Source: Desulfotalea psychrophila LSv54
GTDB taxonomy: Bacteria > Desulfobacterota > Desulfobulbia > Desulfobulbales > Desulfocapsaceae
Assembly (NCBI RefSeq): GCF_000025945.1
Contig: NC_006138.1
Location: 1,140,001 to 1,172,000 of the forward strand
Reading direction: 5' to 3'
Length of the DNA stretch: 32,000 bases
Shown here: positions 18,435 to 28,673 of the stretch, piece by piece
Numbering within the stretch: position 1 is the first letter of the stretch
How the letters are laid out: each line of letters starts with the position of its first letter
The notes under the pieces: generated by a model
Databases searched by the model: none
What the model was told of the DNA's origin: nothing
The model's input: the letters and a program-made list of their open reading frames with translations, nothing else
Made by a program: the position numbers and the translations under genes

Positions 18435-20147
18435 CTAAAAGACTCCTGGAAAGAAGACAAATGACAGAAGGTAGACCATAATTCCGACAACCAGGCCGTA
18501 GACAAGGAAGGGTAAGGCTGTACGTTTAAGGATTGCGCCCTCCATGCCAGAGAGTCCAGCCACAGCACATACTGCCACAATGTTATGGATGCAGATCATA
18601 TTACCCATTGCTCCGCCAACGCCCTGGGCAGCAATGATGATTTGATGAGGGAGATTAAGGCTGGATGCTACGCCCCACTGAAATTCTGCAAAGAGAAGAT
18701 CGGAAACCGTATTGGAGCCGGTGATAAAAGAACCGAGACCGCCAACAAATGCGGCAAACATCGGCCAGGTCTGTCCTGCCAGTCCGGAAACCGCCTCGGC
18801 AAGTGCCAGAGGCATTGATGGGTAGTTATTTGGATTCAGGGCAGCATCAACGATTCCGGAACCCTTGAAGATGGAGACGATGGAAACAGAGAAGAAGAGG
18901 GCAATGGCCGGGCTCTTCATCTTGCTAATAGCCTCCTTCCAGGCAATAGCTGCCTTGGCGGCGGGCATTCTGTGGAGGAAGATGGTAAGGATGGCCACCA
19001 GAGCAAAGGGGATGGTTCCTGGAAGATAGAGGTACTTTATGCTGGCGTCAACGGACTCAAAACCGAGGATATCGGTAAAGGGAATAGAAACGCCTGCAAG
19101 TATCCCTTTCAGGCCGAGGGATGGGATACGGGTTACGACAAGAATGAGGCCAATGAGAATATATGGGGCCCAGGCCCGGAGCTGGCTCATATGGGCTTTG
19201 AATTCACCTGCATTATCGGCGCTGACAAGACCTGTCCACTCTTTATCCCACTCCGATGCGGGACCGAAATCCCAGCTTTTCTTAGGCATACAGAAATTAT
19301 TTTTAGCGCCAAAAACAACGATGCCAAGTCCAACAAGACCACCGATAAGGGAAGGAAATTCCGGGCCTACCAGCCATGCTGTCAGGAGGTAGGGAACGGA
19401 AAAGGCTACGGCGGAGAAAATACAGAACTTCCAAGCGGCAAATCCTTCACTCCACTTGCGGTTTTTACCGAAGTAGCGGGTCATAAAGCCGAGCATAAAG
19501 ATGGGAAGGATGAAAATCATGGGCAGGTGCATCAGGGTAGACCACTGGGTAACAAGCTGGTTAAAGCCCTCCATGGAGGTGAAATTTACTCCGGGAGCGC
19601 CCACTAGAACTGCTTCATCCACCATACCTGTGAGATAACTAAAACCAAGAACAACAGGGGTACCAACAGCTCCGAAGGTTACTGGGAAGGAGTTAAAGAC
19701 AAGGCACATGACCACCGCACAGAGTGGGGGAAAACCAAGACTTAAGAGCAGTGGTGCGGCAAGGGCTGCCGGGGTACCAAAGCCTGCTGCACCTTCAATA
19801 AAGGCTGCAAACATATAACCAATGATAAGCACTTGGATACGGCGATCACGGGTAATATTTTGGAAGCCATATTGAATGGTTTCCATGCCACCACTGTACT
19901 GCAGGGTGTAGAGGATGATAATCGCACCAAAAACAATAATAAGAATACCTATTGCTGTGACGAGTCCCTGGAGTGTGAGGGCCGCGACATAGGCCGCGGG
20001 AAGTTGCCAGACTGCGATTCCTCCAATAACACAGGAGAGCCAGGCAACGGGCATAGCCTTGGTGGCAGGCCAACGGAGGCCGACCATGAGCACCAGGGCC
20101 AGCATGAGGGGGACGAGCGCCACAAGGGCTAAAATTCCTACGGACAT
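18435..20147 (-). CDS. lctP: L-lactate permease (LctP family)
   Basis: [36 protein letters not shown]..., [75 protein letters not shown] at 20147 follows a caaggag RBS. Confidence 0.95.
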   Translation of the reverse strand: MSVGILALVALVPLMLALVLMVGLRWPATKAMPVAWLSCVIGGIAVWQLPAAYVAALTLQGLVTAIGILIIVFGAIIILYTLQYSGGMETIQYGFQNITRDRRIQVLIIGYMFAAFIEGAAGFGTPAALAAPLLLSLGFPPLCAVVMCLVFNSFPVTFGAVGTPVVLGFSYLTGMVDEAVLVGAPGVNFTSMEGFNQLVTQWSTLMHLPMIFILPIFMLGFMTRYFGKNRKWSEGFAAWKFCIFSAVAFSVPYLLTAWLVGPEFPSLIGGLVGLGIVVFGAKNNFCMPKKSWDFGPASEWDKEWTGLVSADNAGEFKAHMSQLRAWAPYILIGLILVVTRIPSLGLKGILAGVSIPFTDILGFESVDASIKYLYLPGTIPFALVAILTIFLHRMPAAKAAIAWKEAISKMKSPAIALFFSVSIVSIFKGSGIVDAALNPNNYPSMPLALAEAVSGLAGQTWPMFAAFVGGLGSFITGSNTVSDLLFAEFQWGVASSLNLPHQIIIAAQGVGGAMGNMICIHNIVAVCAVAGLSGMEGAILKRTALPFLVYGLVVGIMVYLLSFVFFPGVF

Positions 20148-20519
20148 GTTTTCTCCTTGACTAGTAATCGTGAACTGTCTGTTACAGTGAAGCATTTTCA
20201 CCAGGATAAAAGCCTGTGTATTCTTTAAGGTGCCAATAAAAGAGAATGCTTTTCTGCCTGTCACTCTGTGTAAATATAGAGAGCTTATGCTCTATCTTTC
20301 AATAAGCATGCCAATAGAGTTGATAAGTTTTACTTATCTGTTATTACAGCATATTTTATTTTCAGAGGTAGGCGGGAGATGAAGGAGGGGAGGGCTCTGT
20401 CTGAAAGAAAGGACAGGGTTATGGGGAATGGCCAGAGGTGGGTGGGGGCTAGCTACTTTTCTTTTTGACCTTTAAAATCATTGGCCATCGGTAACACCCC
20501 TTTATTTAAGGAGAAAACA

Positions 20520-20563
20520 GTGTCCGGAAAAAAAGACCGGCCGTAGTCTGTTTTTTCGGACAG
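20520..20563. terminator. Probable intrinsic terminator between the response regulator and lctP
   Basis: Nested inverted repeat tgtccggaaaaaaagaccggccgtagtctgttttttcggaca, with T runs available on both strands. Coordinates approximate. Confidence 0.6.
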
Positions 20564-20608
20564 GTCCGTTTGGTAAATGGAGGGCTTGGTGGAAAGTACC
20601 GGGGGAGG

Positions 20609-22033
20609 CTATGGCTGAATATTATGTTTTTTGAGGAGGGCGTAGAAGTGTGACCTGGAGAGGCCCGAAATTTTAAGGCATTCATGGGTATTATCCAGGT
20701 ATCTTTTCGTCAGTTCCTCTAGGTATTTTTTTTCTGTCTCATCCTTGAAAACCTTAAGGGTTGGCAGTGTATCCATGGCTAGTTCAGCGTCCTGCGCTCT
20801 TGCCGTCGATCCCTGTTGAGGAGCATCCTCTGCGGGGGCTGGCTGTTCTTTCTTCTCCAGATTTGACCTGGCCATGCTGACGCGCAGGTCGGGGGGGAGA
20901 TGCATGAGGTATATGGTTTCGCTATTACCTGCGGCAATAAATGCTCGTTCAATGACGTTGAACAGCTGGCGGACATTGCCCGGCCAGTCGTAGTTGTTCA
21001 GTACCTCATAAAAATCGGAGTTGACTGCCTTTGCTTCAAGTTGATACTGCTCACTGAGCTGCTGTAGTTTGAATTTGGTGAGTTCACGTATATCGCCTGT
21101 TCTTCTCCGCAGGGGGGGGAGACAGAACTGGATGGTGTGTATGCGATAGAGCAGATCCTGGCGGAAATCTCCTTCTGCCGCCATGATCTTCAAATCTCTG
21201 TTTGTTGCGGCAATGAGGCGAAAATCGCTTGTGTATTCGCGTGATTCTCCCACCGGTCTGTAGCTGCGTTCCTGGAGGACCCTAAGAAGAGATTTTTGCA
21301 CCGAGATGGGGAGCTCACCGATTTCGTCCAGGAAGAGGGTGCCCTTGTCGGCGAGCGGAATCAGGCCCTTTTTGTCGGTCTGGGCCCCGGTGAAGGCACC
21401 TTTGACATAGCCAAAGAGGGTGCTTTCAATGAGGGTTTCGGTTAGGGAGGCACAGTCGACTACGACAAACTCTCTGCTGGCACGGGCCGAGTTATCGTGA
21501 ATTGTCCGGGCAAAGAGTTCCTTGCCGGTACCCGTTTCGCCGTTAATGAGGATGTTGGCATCGGATCTTGCCGCGTCAGCCACCAGTTCATAACAGGTTC
21601 TCATCTGCGGGCTCTCCCCTATAATCCGATCCAGGTTTAGGGGGTCACTGGTCAGCTGATCCTTTTTATAGTGATGGAAATTAAGGGCCTGTTTCATAGA
21701 GAGTGTGATCTGTTCTATGGAGGTGGGTTTAACCAGAAAATCCCAGGCACCATCCTGAATGGCCTGCTCTGCCCCGTGGACATCACTCTTGCCTGTTAAG
21801 ATAATGACCTCTGGTTGGCCAACGGACTCCTTTATTCTGGTTAAAAAGGTCAGACCATTACCGTCGGGCAGGGATACATCGAGGAAGACCAGGTCGAATT
21901 TGACGCTCTGCAGTAACTCAAGGCCACTGGCAATGGTATGGGCAGCAGTGCACTGGTGCTTTTGGCGTATAACAAGGCTGGCGATTGTTTCGCAGACGTG
22001 AACATCGTTGTCGATGATGAGAATGTTATTCAT
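20609..22033 (-). CDS. Sigma54-dependent NtrC-family response regulator
   Basis: Receiver ILIIDNDVHVCET...DLVFLDVSLPDGNG. AAA+ core GESPQMRTCYELV, GETGTGKELFARTIH, GAFTGAQTDKKGLI, GTLFLDEIGELP. C-terminal HTH-like KYLEELTKRYLDNTHECLKISGLSRSHFYALLKKH. Confidence 0.93.
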   Translation of the reverse strand: MNNILIIDNDVHVCETIASLVIRQKHQCTAAHTIASGLELLQSVKFDLVFLDVSLPDGNGLTFLTRIKESVGQPEVIILTGKSDVHGAEQAIQDGAWDFLVKPTSIEQITLSMKQALNFHHYKKDQLTSDPLNLDRIIGESPQMRTCYELVADAARSDANILINGETGTGKELFARTIHDNSARASREFVVVDCASLTETLIESTLFGYVKGAFTGAQTDKKGLIPLADKGTLFLDEIGELPISVQKSLLRVLQERSYRPVGESREYTSDFRLIAATNRDLKIMAAEGDFRQDLLYRIHTIQFCLPPLRRRTGDIRELTKFKLQQLSEQYQLEAKAVNSDFYEVLNNYDWPGNVRQLFNVIERAFIAAGNSETIYLMHLPPDLRVSMARSNLEKKEQPAPAEDAPQQGSTARAQDAELAMDTLPTLKVFKDETEKKYLEELTKRYLDNTHECLKISGLSRSHFYALLKKHNIQP

Positions 22034-24668
22034 TGGAAAACTCCGATTTTGCAATGGCCTGGCGTATGGTGGTGGCCAGGGCTGTTTTGCTATAGGGCTT
22101 CATAAGGACATTTATGACATTGGGGGCCTTGGCCGCATACTCGGTGATATTTCGTCGCCCTGAAACAATCATAAAGGGTATGTGTGGGGCAATTTTTTCT
22201 ACTTTTTTAGCAAGTTCTATGCCGTTCATCTCCGGCATATCGTAATCGGAAACCACCAGATGGAAGTACTTGGGGGCGTCTGTGATGAGCTTATAGGCGG
22301 CATTGGGGGAACTTGCCGTGGTTATTTTGTAGCCAAGGGTTTTGAGAATTCTCGGAGTTGTCTCAAGCTGTTCCTGGTCATCCTCGATAAAGAGAATATG
22401 CTCATCGCCTACTGGGAGAAGATCATGGTTCTTTATCTTCAGTTCATTATCAATCTCTTTTATCGGTAGATAGATTTCAAAGCTGGTACGAATGTTGGGT
22501 AGACTTGAAACGGTAATGGCTCCGTTGTGGCCTTTTATCAGGCCATGGACAACGGCAAGGCCCAGACCTGTTCCCTCCGTCTTTCCCTTGGTGGTAAAAA
22601 AGGGATCGAATATTTTATTAATTATATCCGCGTGGATGCCGGGACCGTTATCGCGGATTTCAACGTTTAGGTATCTGCCGGCAGAGACCCCTATGAGCTG
22701 TGCCGCTTCCTCTTCAAGCTCTATCTGCTTCAGAGAAAGTCTGATTGTGCCTCCCCGGGCCCGGAGGGATTGGAAGGAGTTGGTGCAAAGATTCATGATG
22801 ATCTGTTGAATCTGGGTGGGATCAGCCATTATTAGCGGGGTATCCGTTGGTAACTGGCATTGGATGTCGATATTTTTTGGCAGGGAAGAGGTTATAAAAT
22901 CGATTGTTTCTCGGATGACCTCTATAATATTGGTGGGTTTAAAACCCTCCTGGGAGAGGCGGCTAAAGGTTAAAATCTGCTTTACCAGTCGGCTTCCCCG
23001 ATATGCTGCTTTTCTTGCTCTATCCAGATCTGTCCATGTCATGGACTCTTTTTCGATATCGGTGATGGCAAGTTCAACAGAGTTCATGATAGAAGTGAGA
23101 ATGTTGTTGAAATCATGAGATATTCCACCAACCAAGGTGCCCACTGCCTCCATTTTTTGCGACTGGAGCAGCTGTTTTTCAAGGCTGATTCGGCGGGTGA
23201 TGTCCTGGGCAGTTGAGAGTGTCCCCATGACCCGTCCTCCTCCATCGTAGAGAGGTACCTTGTTGATCTCCAGCCAGATGGGTTTGCCCTTGCCATTGCT
23301 GACCGTCCAGCTGATGCGTAAACGGGGATGGCCGGACTCTATTACCTCTCGATCCCAGGTGGCTGCGTGTCTGGCAAAGTCCATATCCAGTTGTAGTTTC
23401 CGGTCGTTGGAGCCGATGATAGTTTGGGGATTCCCCAGGCCAAAAAAATCGGTGAAGGATCTATTGGCCCCAAGATATTTTTGATTTTTATCCTTCCAGA
23501 AAACCAGGAGGGGGATGGTGTTCATTAAAATTTCCTGGAAGGAGAGTTGGGCCTTAATTTCCTTTTCTACCCTACGTCGTTGCAGGACTGAGATGATAAG
23601 GAGGACAAGGATGAAGGTGAGGGTGACCAACGAGACTATAATTGTCCAGAAGAATCGTTTGTTCAGCTTATAGAAGGATGTTGGACCATTGATAACAGTG
23701 CTTCCCGTGGGAAGGAGTTTTTTGTTTATCTTGAATTTTTTCAGTACCTTGTCGTCAAACATGTAGCGCTCGATGGGGGAGGGCATGATGCGTTCAGTAG
23801 GGAAGGACCCGGTTTGGAATAGATTAATTGCAATATTGGCAGCCTGTTGGCCCTGGTCATGTCCTGAGACTAGTTTTCCGCCTACGGTGCCATGGCCCAG
23901 TAAGAACTGCCAAACTGTAAAGGTCATCACCGGGCTGTTTTGGTAAATTATGTTGAGGATCTCCTCGGCAGAGTAGGCCTCATGGTGTGACTCTGTGTAA
24001 AAGGGGGTATAGAAAACAACCTCATCTTCTTGCAAATTTCTGATTTTAAAGAGGAGGTCGGCCAGGGAGTAGTCGACCCAATAGTCAAAGATGATCTCTC
24101 CTTTAAAGGATTTTCCCGCCTTATCTATTTCTGCCATGATCGCCTGGGATGTGACCGAGCTGTTGCCAATGACAACAAACTTTTTTAGGTGAGGCTGGAA
24201 TCTTAATGCCAGTCGTATGTTTTCTTTTATATCAGGGCTTTCAAGAACACCGGCATAGTTCATCTTCTTTTCAAGTAACTGTGGTTTGAAGTTATTTATA
24301 CCACAGAAGATAACGGGAACCCCCGGGAAGAGATTGTCGTGATGGCGAAGCATAAAATCAAGGGCGTTGTTATCAGAAACAATTATGGCTGAGAAGGTAT
24401 AGTCCCTGTATTTAAGGCTGTAGTGTTTGCTTATATTGCTTAAGTATTCAGGGCTATTGAACCTCTTTGTGTCCATATATTCAATGTGGAGTTCGATGGG
24501 CATTCCGCTTTTGCTAAAGACATCCCGGGCACCTTCAACGATTTTATCTGACCAGGCGTAGCCGTTTTGGTAGGAGTTGAGGAAGAGTACATTCTTTTTC
24601 ACCCCCTCGGCCATGGCCAGGGAGGGGATGATTGTGAGGAGTAGTATAAAGAAGAGATAATTTTTCAT
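22026..24668 (-). CDS. Hybrid sensor histidine kinase: periplasmic ABC-type substrate-binding-like domain, TM, PAS, HisKA/HATPase, receiver
   Basis: Signal peptide; KKNVLFLNSYQNGYAWSDKIVEGARDVF and GVPVIFCGINNF (ABC_sub_bind-like); TM FFWTIIVSLVTLTFILVLLIISVL; SHDFNNILTSIMNSVELA; DNGPGIHADIINKIFDPFFTTKGKTEGTGLGLAVVHG; C-terminal ILFIEDDQEQLE...VVSDYDMPEMNG. Confidence 0.92.
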   Translation of the reverse strand: MKNYLFFILLLTIIPSLAMAEGVKKNVLFLNSYQNGYAWSDKIVEGARDVFSKSGMPIELHIEYMDTKRFNSPEYLSNISKHYSLKYRDYTFSAIIVSDNNALDFMLRHHDNLFPGVPVIFCGINNFKPQLLEKKMNYAGVLESPDIKENIRLALRFQPHLKKFVVIGNSSVTSQAIMAEIDKAGKSFKGEIIFDYWVDYSLADLLFKIRNLQEDEVVFYTPFYTESHHEAYSAEEILNIIYQNSPVMTFTVWQFLLGHGTVGGKLVSGHDQGQQAANIAINLFQTGSFPTERIMPSPIERYMFDDKVLKKFKINKKLLPTGSTVINGPTSFYKLNKRFFWTIIVSLVTLTFILVLLIISVLQRRRVEKEIKAQLSFQEILMNTIPLLVFWKDKNQKYLGANRSFTDFFGLGNPQTIIGSNDRKLQLDMDFARHAATWDREVIESGHPRLRISWTVSNGKGKPIWLEINKVPLYDGGGRVMGTLSTAQDITRRISLEKQLLQSQKMEAVGTLVGGISHDFNNILTSIMNSVELAITDIEKESMTWTDLDRARKAAYRGSRLVKQILTFSRLSQEGFKPTNIIEVIRETIDFITSSLPKNIDIQCQLPTDTPLIMADPTQIQQIIMNLCTNSFQSLRARGGTIRLSLKQIELEEEAAQLIGVSAGRYLNVEIRDNGPGIHADIINKIFDPFFTTKGKTEGTGLGLAVVHGLIKGHNGAITVSSLPNIRTSFEIYLPIKEIDNELKIKNHDLLPVGDEHILFIEDDQEQLETTPRILKTLGYKITTASSPNAAYKLITDAPKYFHLVVSDYDMPEMNGIELAKKVEKIAPHIPFMIVSGRRNITEYAAKAPNVINVLMKPYSKTALATTIRQAIAKSEFSNE

Positions 24669-24836
24669 GCTCTCTGTTCCTGTTGGTATGATATAATATG
24701 GCTTAAAAACTCGTTGGTGAGCTATTACCGTTGGTCGTCATCATCTTATCTCTGGCTAGGGAAGGTTGTTGCAGGTAGGTTGTTTGAGGGCTCTCTGTTC
24801 TGCCCATGCTGGCCTGCCATTCTTGAGATTGATCAC

Positions 24837-25250
24837 TTAGGGTGAGATTCTATACTCATGCATCTGCTTGAGCTCTGCTATTCGTACCTTTTGCTCCTGG
24901 ATAACGCAGTCTCCATAGGCAAGACCTTTGTGGCTGCCGCCACGATAGGAATCTGCCAAGAAAATGCATTTGGTGCAGATCTGCTTTTCCCAAGCTGTTT
25001 GGTTGCTTTTAAGGAGGGTGATGGCCTGTTGGTCGAGGTCACGGTTGATCTTGATCACTACCTCATCGATTCTGGAATCAAGGCTATGCATGGCCTCGGC
25101 GGCCCTTGCTTGCATGCTGTAATTATCCTCTGCGCCATCAATAAAGTTTTGCCAGTCCTGTTTTTCAGCGGGTGGAACTGTGATAAGCTCTTCAGCTTGG
25201 GCAGGAAGGGCAAATAAGAGGAAGATGCAGAGGAGAATTCTTTTTTTCAT
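24837..25250 (-). CDS. Small exported protein, LprI/DUF1311-like
   Basis: Signal peptide MKKRILLCIFLLFALPAQA; one compact domain with paired Cys (QICTKCIF...YGDCVIQEQKVRIAEL). Confidence 0.6.
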   Translation of the reverse strand: MKKRILLCIFLLFALPAQAEELITVPPAEKQDWQNFIDGAEDNYSMQARAAEAMHSLDSRIDEVVIKINRDLDQQAITLLKSNQTAWEKQICTKCIFLADSYRGGSHKGLAYGDCVIQEQKVRIAELKQMHEYRISP

Positions 25251-25592
25251 GGGAAATCCATTTTAAATTAGAGATAGTTGTGACTTCTTTGTACTGTATA
25301 AGGTGAATTAAGGCAAATTTTGCCTGTTCAGTAGAGGGGATAGGGCCTCCGTGGGGAAGCTTGTGTCTGGCTGTCTCTTCTATCTATCTGCATGTTTTTT
25401 TGTTCTAAGAGTTCCATCTTGGGCGAACAATATTGCAAAAAAGTGGAATGTATTCTATTTTGTGGTGCAGACATGCTGCTTTGTTCGTTTCTGCTTTTGC
25501 CTCTTGAGAATAATTACGCCAAGTATAATTTGTAACACTCGTGTAAAAGTAGCAGGGCAAACTTTTATATAAAAAATATTAAGGGAAAATTA

Positions 25593-26387
25593 ATGGGTAT
25601 TTTAACAGGTAAGAAAATATTGATTGCGGGTATTGCAAGTGAGAGATCTATTGCAACTGGTATTGCGGATGCAATGTATCAACAGGGTGCGGAACTTGCC
25701 TTTACATACCTTAATGAAAAGTTGAAAAGCCGTGTGGAAAAAGTGGCGGAGCGTTGTGGCTCTACCCTGCTCTACCCCTGTGATGTTGCCTCCGATGAAC
25801 AGATAAAGGATCTTTTTACCGATCTTGCTCAGGAGTGGCCAAAGTTTGATGGCTTTGTTCATGCAATCGGTTTTGCCCCTAAGGAGACCCTCGTCGGTGA
25901 CTATGTGAATGCGGTTACCCGTGAAGGGTTTCAGGTAGCCCATGACATCAGCTCTTATAGCTTTGTTGCCATGGCTAAGGAGGCTCGTCCCTATCTTAAT
26001 GAAAAATCTTCTCTGATAACTCTGACCTATCTTGGCGCTGAGCGGGCTTTGCCAAATTATAATGTCATGGGGCTTGCCAAGGCATCTCTGGAGGCCAATG
26101 TACGTTATATGGCTGCTAGCCTTGGCCGTGAGGATATTCGTGTCAATGCCATTTCAGCAGGGCCTATTCGTACCCTTGCTGCCGCGGGCATCTCAAATTT
26201 TCGTAAGATGCTGACTCAGTTCGAACGGGCAGCTGCTATCAAGCGTTGTGTAACCATTGAAGAGGTCGGTGGTAGCGCGGCCTTTCTGGCAAGTGATTTG
26301 GCTGCAGCGGTGACCGGTCAGGTCCTGCATGTTGATAATGGCTTTTCCATTACCACAATGCCAGGTACGGAGACAGAGGAGGAGTAG
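25593..26387 (+). CDS. fabI: Enoyl-[acyl-carrier-protein] reductase (NADH)
   Basis: [97 protein letters not shown]. Confidence 0.96.
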   Translation: MGILTGKKILIAGIASERSIATGIADAMYQQGAELAFTYLNEKLKSRVEKVAERCGSTLLYPCDVASDEQIKDLFTDLAQEWPKFDGFVHAIGFAPKETLVGDYVNAVTREGFQVAHDISSYSFVAMAKEARPYLNEKSSLITLTYLGAERALPNYNVMGLAKASLEANVRYMAASLGREDIRVNAISAGPIRTLAAAGISNFRKMLTQFERAAAIKRCVTIEEVGGSAAFLASDLAAAVTGQVLHVDNGFSITTMPGTETEEE

Positions 26388-26410
26388 GTAGTCCTCTTTA
26401 TAGAATAAAA

Positions 26411-26449
26411 AAAGCCCGTTAGAGTCTGACTCTAACGGGCTTTTTTTTT
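26411..26449. terminator. Bidirectional intrinsic terminator between convergent fabI and ABC-transporter operon
   Basis: Long perfect inverted repeat aaagcccgttagagt-ctg-actctaacgggcttt flanked by A and T runs. Confidence 0.95.
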
Positions 26450-26464
26450 ATCTGTTGGTAGGCT

Positions 26465-27130
26465 TTATTTGACAATGCCAAAACCGGGGATTTCAAGCCG
26501 TTTTTCCACCCTCTTTAGAATGTAGCTGGCGATGGTGACCAGGATAAGATAGTAGCAGGCGACAACGGTGAAGGCCTCGGTGAAGCGAAAGGTTTGGGAT
26601 GCTATAGCCCGGGCTTCACCGGTGAGCTCAATACAGCTGACAATATAAGCAAGAGAAGAGTATTTTATCAGGTAGATAACCTCATTGCCGCATCCTGGTA
26701 GGGCCTTGCGAAAGGCTTGGGGAATGACGATCCAGACAATGGTTTGTACCTTGCTCATGCCAAGTGCTGCTCCAGCCTTAAGCTGGCCGCTTTTGATTGC
26801 TTGCAGTGCGCCCCTGATATATTCAGAATTGTAGGCGGAACTACAGAGAATAAATCCAATGACTGCGGCACCATAGGCGTCTAGATAGATGCCGATATTG
26901 GGTAGGCCGTAATAGAGGATAAAGAGCTGGACCATAAGCGGAACACCCCGAAAAACAGAGGCGTAAATATTGAAAAGACGTCGAACCGGGGCATTGCCGA
27001 AGACCCGGAGGGTGCCAATGACAACGCCGCCCAGCAGGCCGAAGATAGCCGAGGGGACGATGAGCATTACGCTGGTAATGAGTCCACGGTTGAGGGCGGG
27101 AATAAGTTCCTGGCTATAAAAGGGATCCAT
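26465..27130 (-). CDS. Polar amino-acid ABC transporter permease
   Basis: HisM/GlnP-like: RGVPLMVQLFILYYGLP...YNSEYIRGALQAIKSGQLKAGAALGMSKVQTIVWIVIPQAFRKALPGCGNEVIYLIKYSSL. Confidence 0.92.
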   Translation of the reverse strand: MDPFYSQELIPALNRGLITSVMLIVPSAIFGLLGGVVIGTLRVFGNAPVRRLFNIYASVFRGVPLMVQLFILYYGLPNIGIYLDAYGAAVIGFILCSSAYNSEYIRGALQAIKSGQLKAGAALGMSKVQTIVWIVIPQAFRKALPGCGNEVIYLIKYSSLAYIVSCIELTGEARAIASQTFRFTEAFTVVACYYLILVTIASYILKRVEKRLEIPGFGIVK

Positions 27131-27136
27131 ATTCAG

Positions 27137-27892
27137 TTATTCCTCGTCGATAGACATTTCAAGGCGTGCACAGAAATCACCTGTTCTCGTCTTGCTTCCC
27201 TCCCTCAGGAGTTCTGCAGGGCTTCCCTGCTCGATAATTTCGCCATCCTGCATAAATACGATCTCATGGGCAAGGGCGCGGGCAAAGTCCATCTGATGGG
27301 TGGCCATGACCATGGTAAGTCCTGCCTTGGTCAGATCTCGAATAACTGAGAGTACCTCGCCTACCAGCTCAGGATCAAGGGCAGAGGTGGGTTCGTCAAG
27401 GAGGAGGACGGTGGGGTCCATTGCCAGGGCTCGGGCGATGGCCACTCGTTGTTTTTGGCCTCCGGAGAGTTCTGCCGGGTAGAGATCTCCCTTCTCTTCC
27501 AGACCGACCCTTGTTAGTTCTGCCATGGCTCGGATATTGGCCTCGCTTTTTTTCATTCCCTTAACCTTGCGTAGGGCAATGGCAACATTATCTATGGCGT
27601 TGAGATGGTCAAATAGATTGAAATCCTGAAAGATCATTCCCACCTGTTGACGGTAGGCATAGAGTTCTTTTTTGTTGTCAACATCAACGACTTTGCCATG
27701 GAGCTCAAGCTTGCCGCTATCGTAGGGGATGAGGTAATTGAGGGTCTGGAGAAAGGTTGATTTACCGGCACCGGAGGGGCCGATAAGTACCTTAAGAGAG
27801 CCCTTGGGCATATTCAGAGATACATTTTTGAGTATGGGGTTGCCACCTAGAGTAACATTTATGTTACGGGCAAAGAGTACTGGGCTTGTCAT
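27137..27892 (-). CDS. Polar amino-acid ABC transporter ATP-binding protein (GlnQ-like)
   Basis: Walker A IGPSGAGKST, Q-loop VGMIFQDFNLFDHL, signature LSGGQKQRVAIARAL, Walker B VLLLDEPTSALDPE. Start assigned at MTSPVLFARNI. Confidence 0.94.
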   Translation of the reverse strand: MTSPVLFARNINVTLGGNPILKNVSLNMPKGSLKVLIGPSGAGKSTFLQTLNYLIPYDSGKLELHGKVVDVDNKKELYAYRQQVGMIFQDFNLFDHLNAIDNVAIALRKVKGMKKSEANIRAMAELTRVGLEEKGDLYPAELSGGQKQRVAIARALAMDPTVLLLDEPTSALDPELVGEVLSVIRDLTKAGLTMVMATHQMDFARALAHEIVFMQDGEIIEQGSPAELLREGSKTRTGDFCARLEMSIDEE

Positions 27893-27908
27893 AATATTGT
27901 GATGCCTT

Positions 27909-28580
27909 TTACGCTGTGTAGCCAGGAATATGTAGCTTCTTTTCAAGTCTGGCGAGTACTTTTACGCCGATAACGGTGATGATAAGGTAAAGAAGACCGA
28001 CAAAAATAAAAAGAGTTAAATGTTCATAGGTTCGGGAGGCGACAAAGTGGGTGCGGGTAAACATATCCATGGCACCAACCACATAGGCAAGTGCCGAATC
28101 TTTTAATATGATTGAATATTCATTTGACCAAGCAGGGATGGAGACTCGCATAGCCTGAGGCAGGACAATGGAACAGATGGCCTGGGGCCGATTCATGCCC
28201 AGTGCCTCTGCTGCCCGGATCTGGCCATGGGGAAGGGAGAGAATAGCACCTTTGAAAATTTGGGATTGGTAGGCGGCGCTTGTCATTCCCAGCACCAAGG
28301 CTGTGGTGGTGAGGGCTGAAAGGTTTAAACCCAGTAGCTCAAACACTCCGAAGTAAAACAAGAACATCAGGATAAGAATTGGTACCCCGCGAAAGAACCA
28401 TACGTATAAACTAATGAAATAACGAACGGGGCGGGGGCCATAGACCTGGCCTAGGGCAAAGGGGATTCCCAGAGCAAGGCCCAAGCACATGGCGCCTCCA
28501 ACAATAATGAGAGTGACGCCTGCCCCTTGAAGGATATACGGTAGGGCATCAAGAACAACGGATAATTTTTGCAGTAACAT
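27909..28580 (-). CDS. Polar amino-acid ABC transporter permease
   Basis: FRGVPILILMFLFYFG...YQSQIFKGAILSLPHGQIRAAEALGMNRPQAICSIVLPQAMRVSIPAWSNEYSIILKDSAL. Confidence 0.92.
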   Translation of the reverse strand: MLLQKLSVVLDALPYILQGAGVTLIIVGGAMCLGLALGIPFALGQVYGPRPVRYFISLYVWFFRGVPILILMFLFYFGVFELLGLNLSALTTTALVLGMTSAAYQSQIFKGAILSLPHGQIRAAEALGMNRPQAICSIVLPQAMRVSIPAWSNEYSIILKDSALAYVVGAMDMFTRTHFVASRTYEHLTLFIFVGLLYLIITVIGVKVLARLEKKLHIPGYTA

Positions 28581-28600
28581 TTTCCAATCTCCCAACGAAA

Positions 28601-28635
28601 AAAGAGCGGTGTGTACAGGGTAGACACCGCTCTTT
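28601..28635 (-). terminator. Intra-operonic terminator/attenuator downstream of the substrate-binding protein gene
   Basis: 12-bp perfect stem aaagagcggtgt / acaccgctcttt. A T6 run follows on the minus strand. Confidence 0.8.
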
Positions 28636-28673
28636 GTGTATCTTCGTTTATTGCTAAAAGCAGTTGTGTCTAA

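Noticed and set aside
18972-19607. 211-aa plus-strand ORF opposite lctP
   Set aside because: Shadow of a conserved membrane protein gene. Charged, repetitive translation with no domain.
20229-20236. TTGGCACC on the minus strand upstream of lctP as a sigma54 -24 element
   Set aside because: The expected -12 GC is missing at the correct spacing (AGAA instead of TTGC), so I do not call a sigma54 promoter.
25351-25572. 73-aa ORF upstream of fabI
   Set aside because: Cys/Phe-rich translation of an AT-rich intergenic region, with no RBS or domain support.
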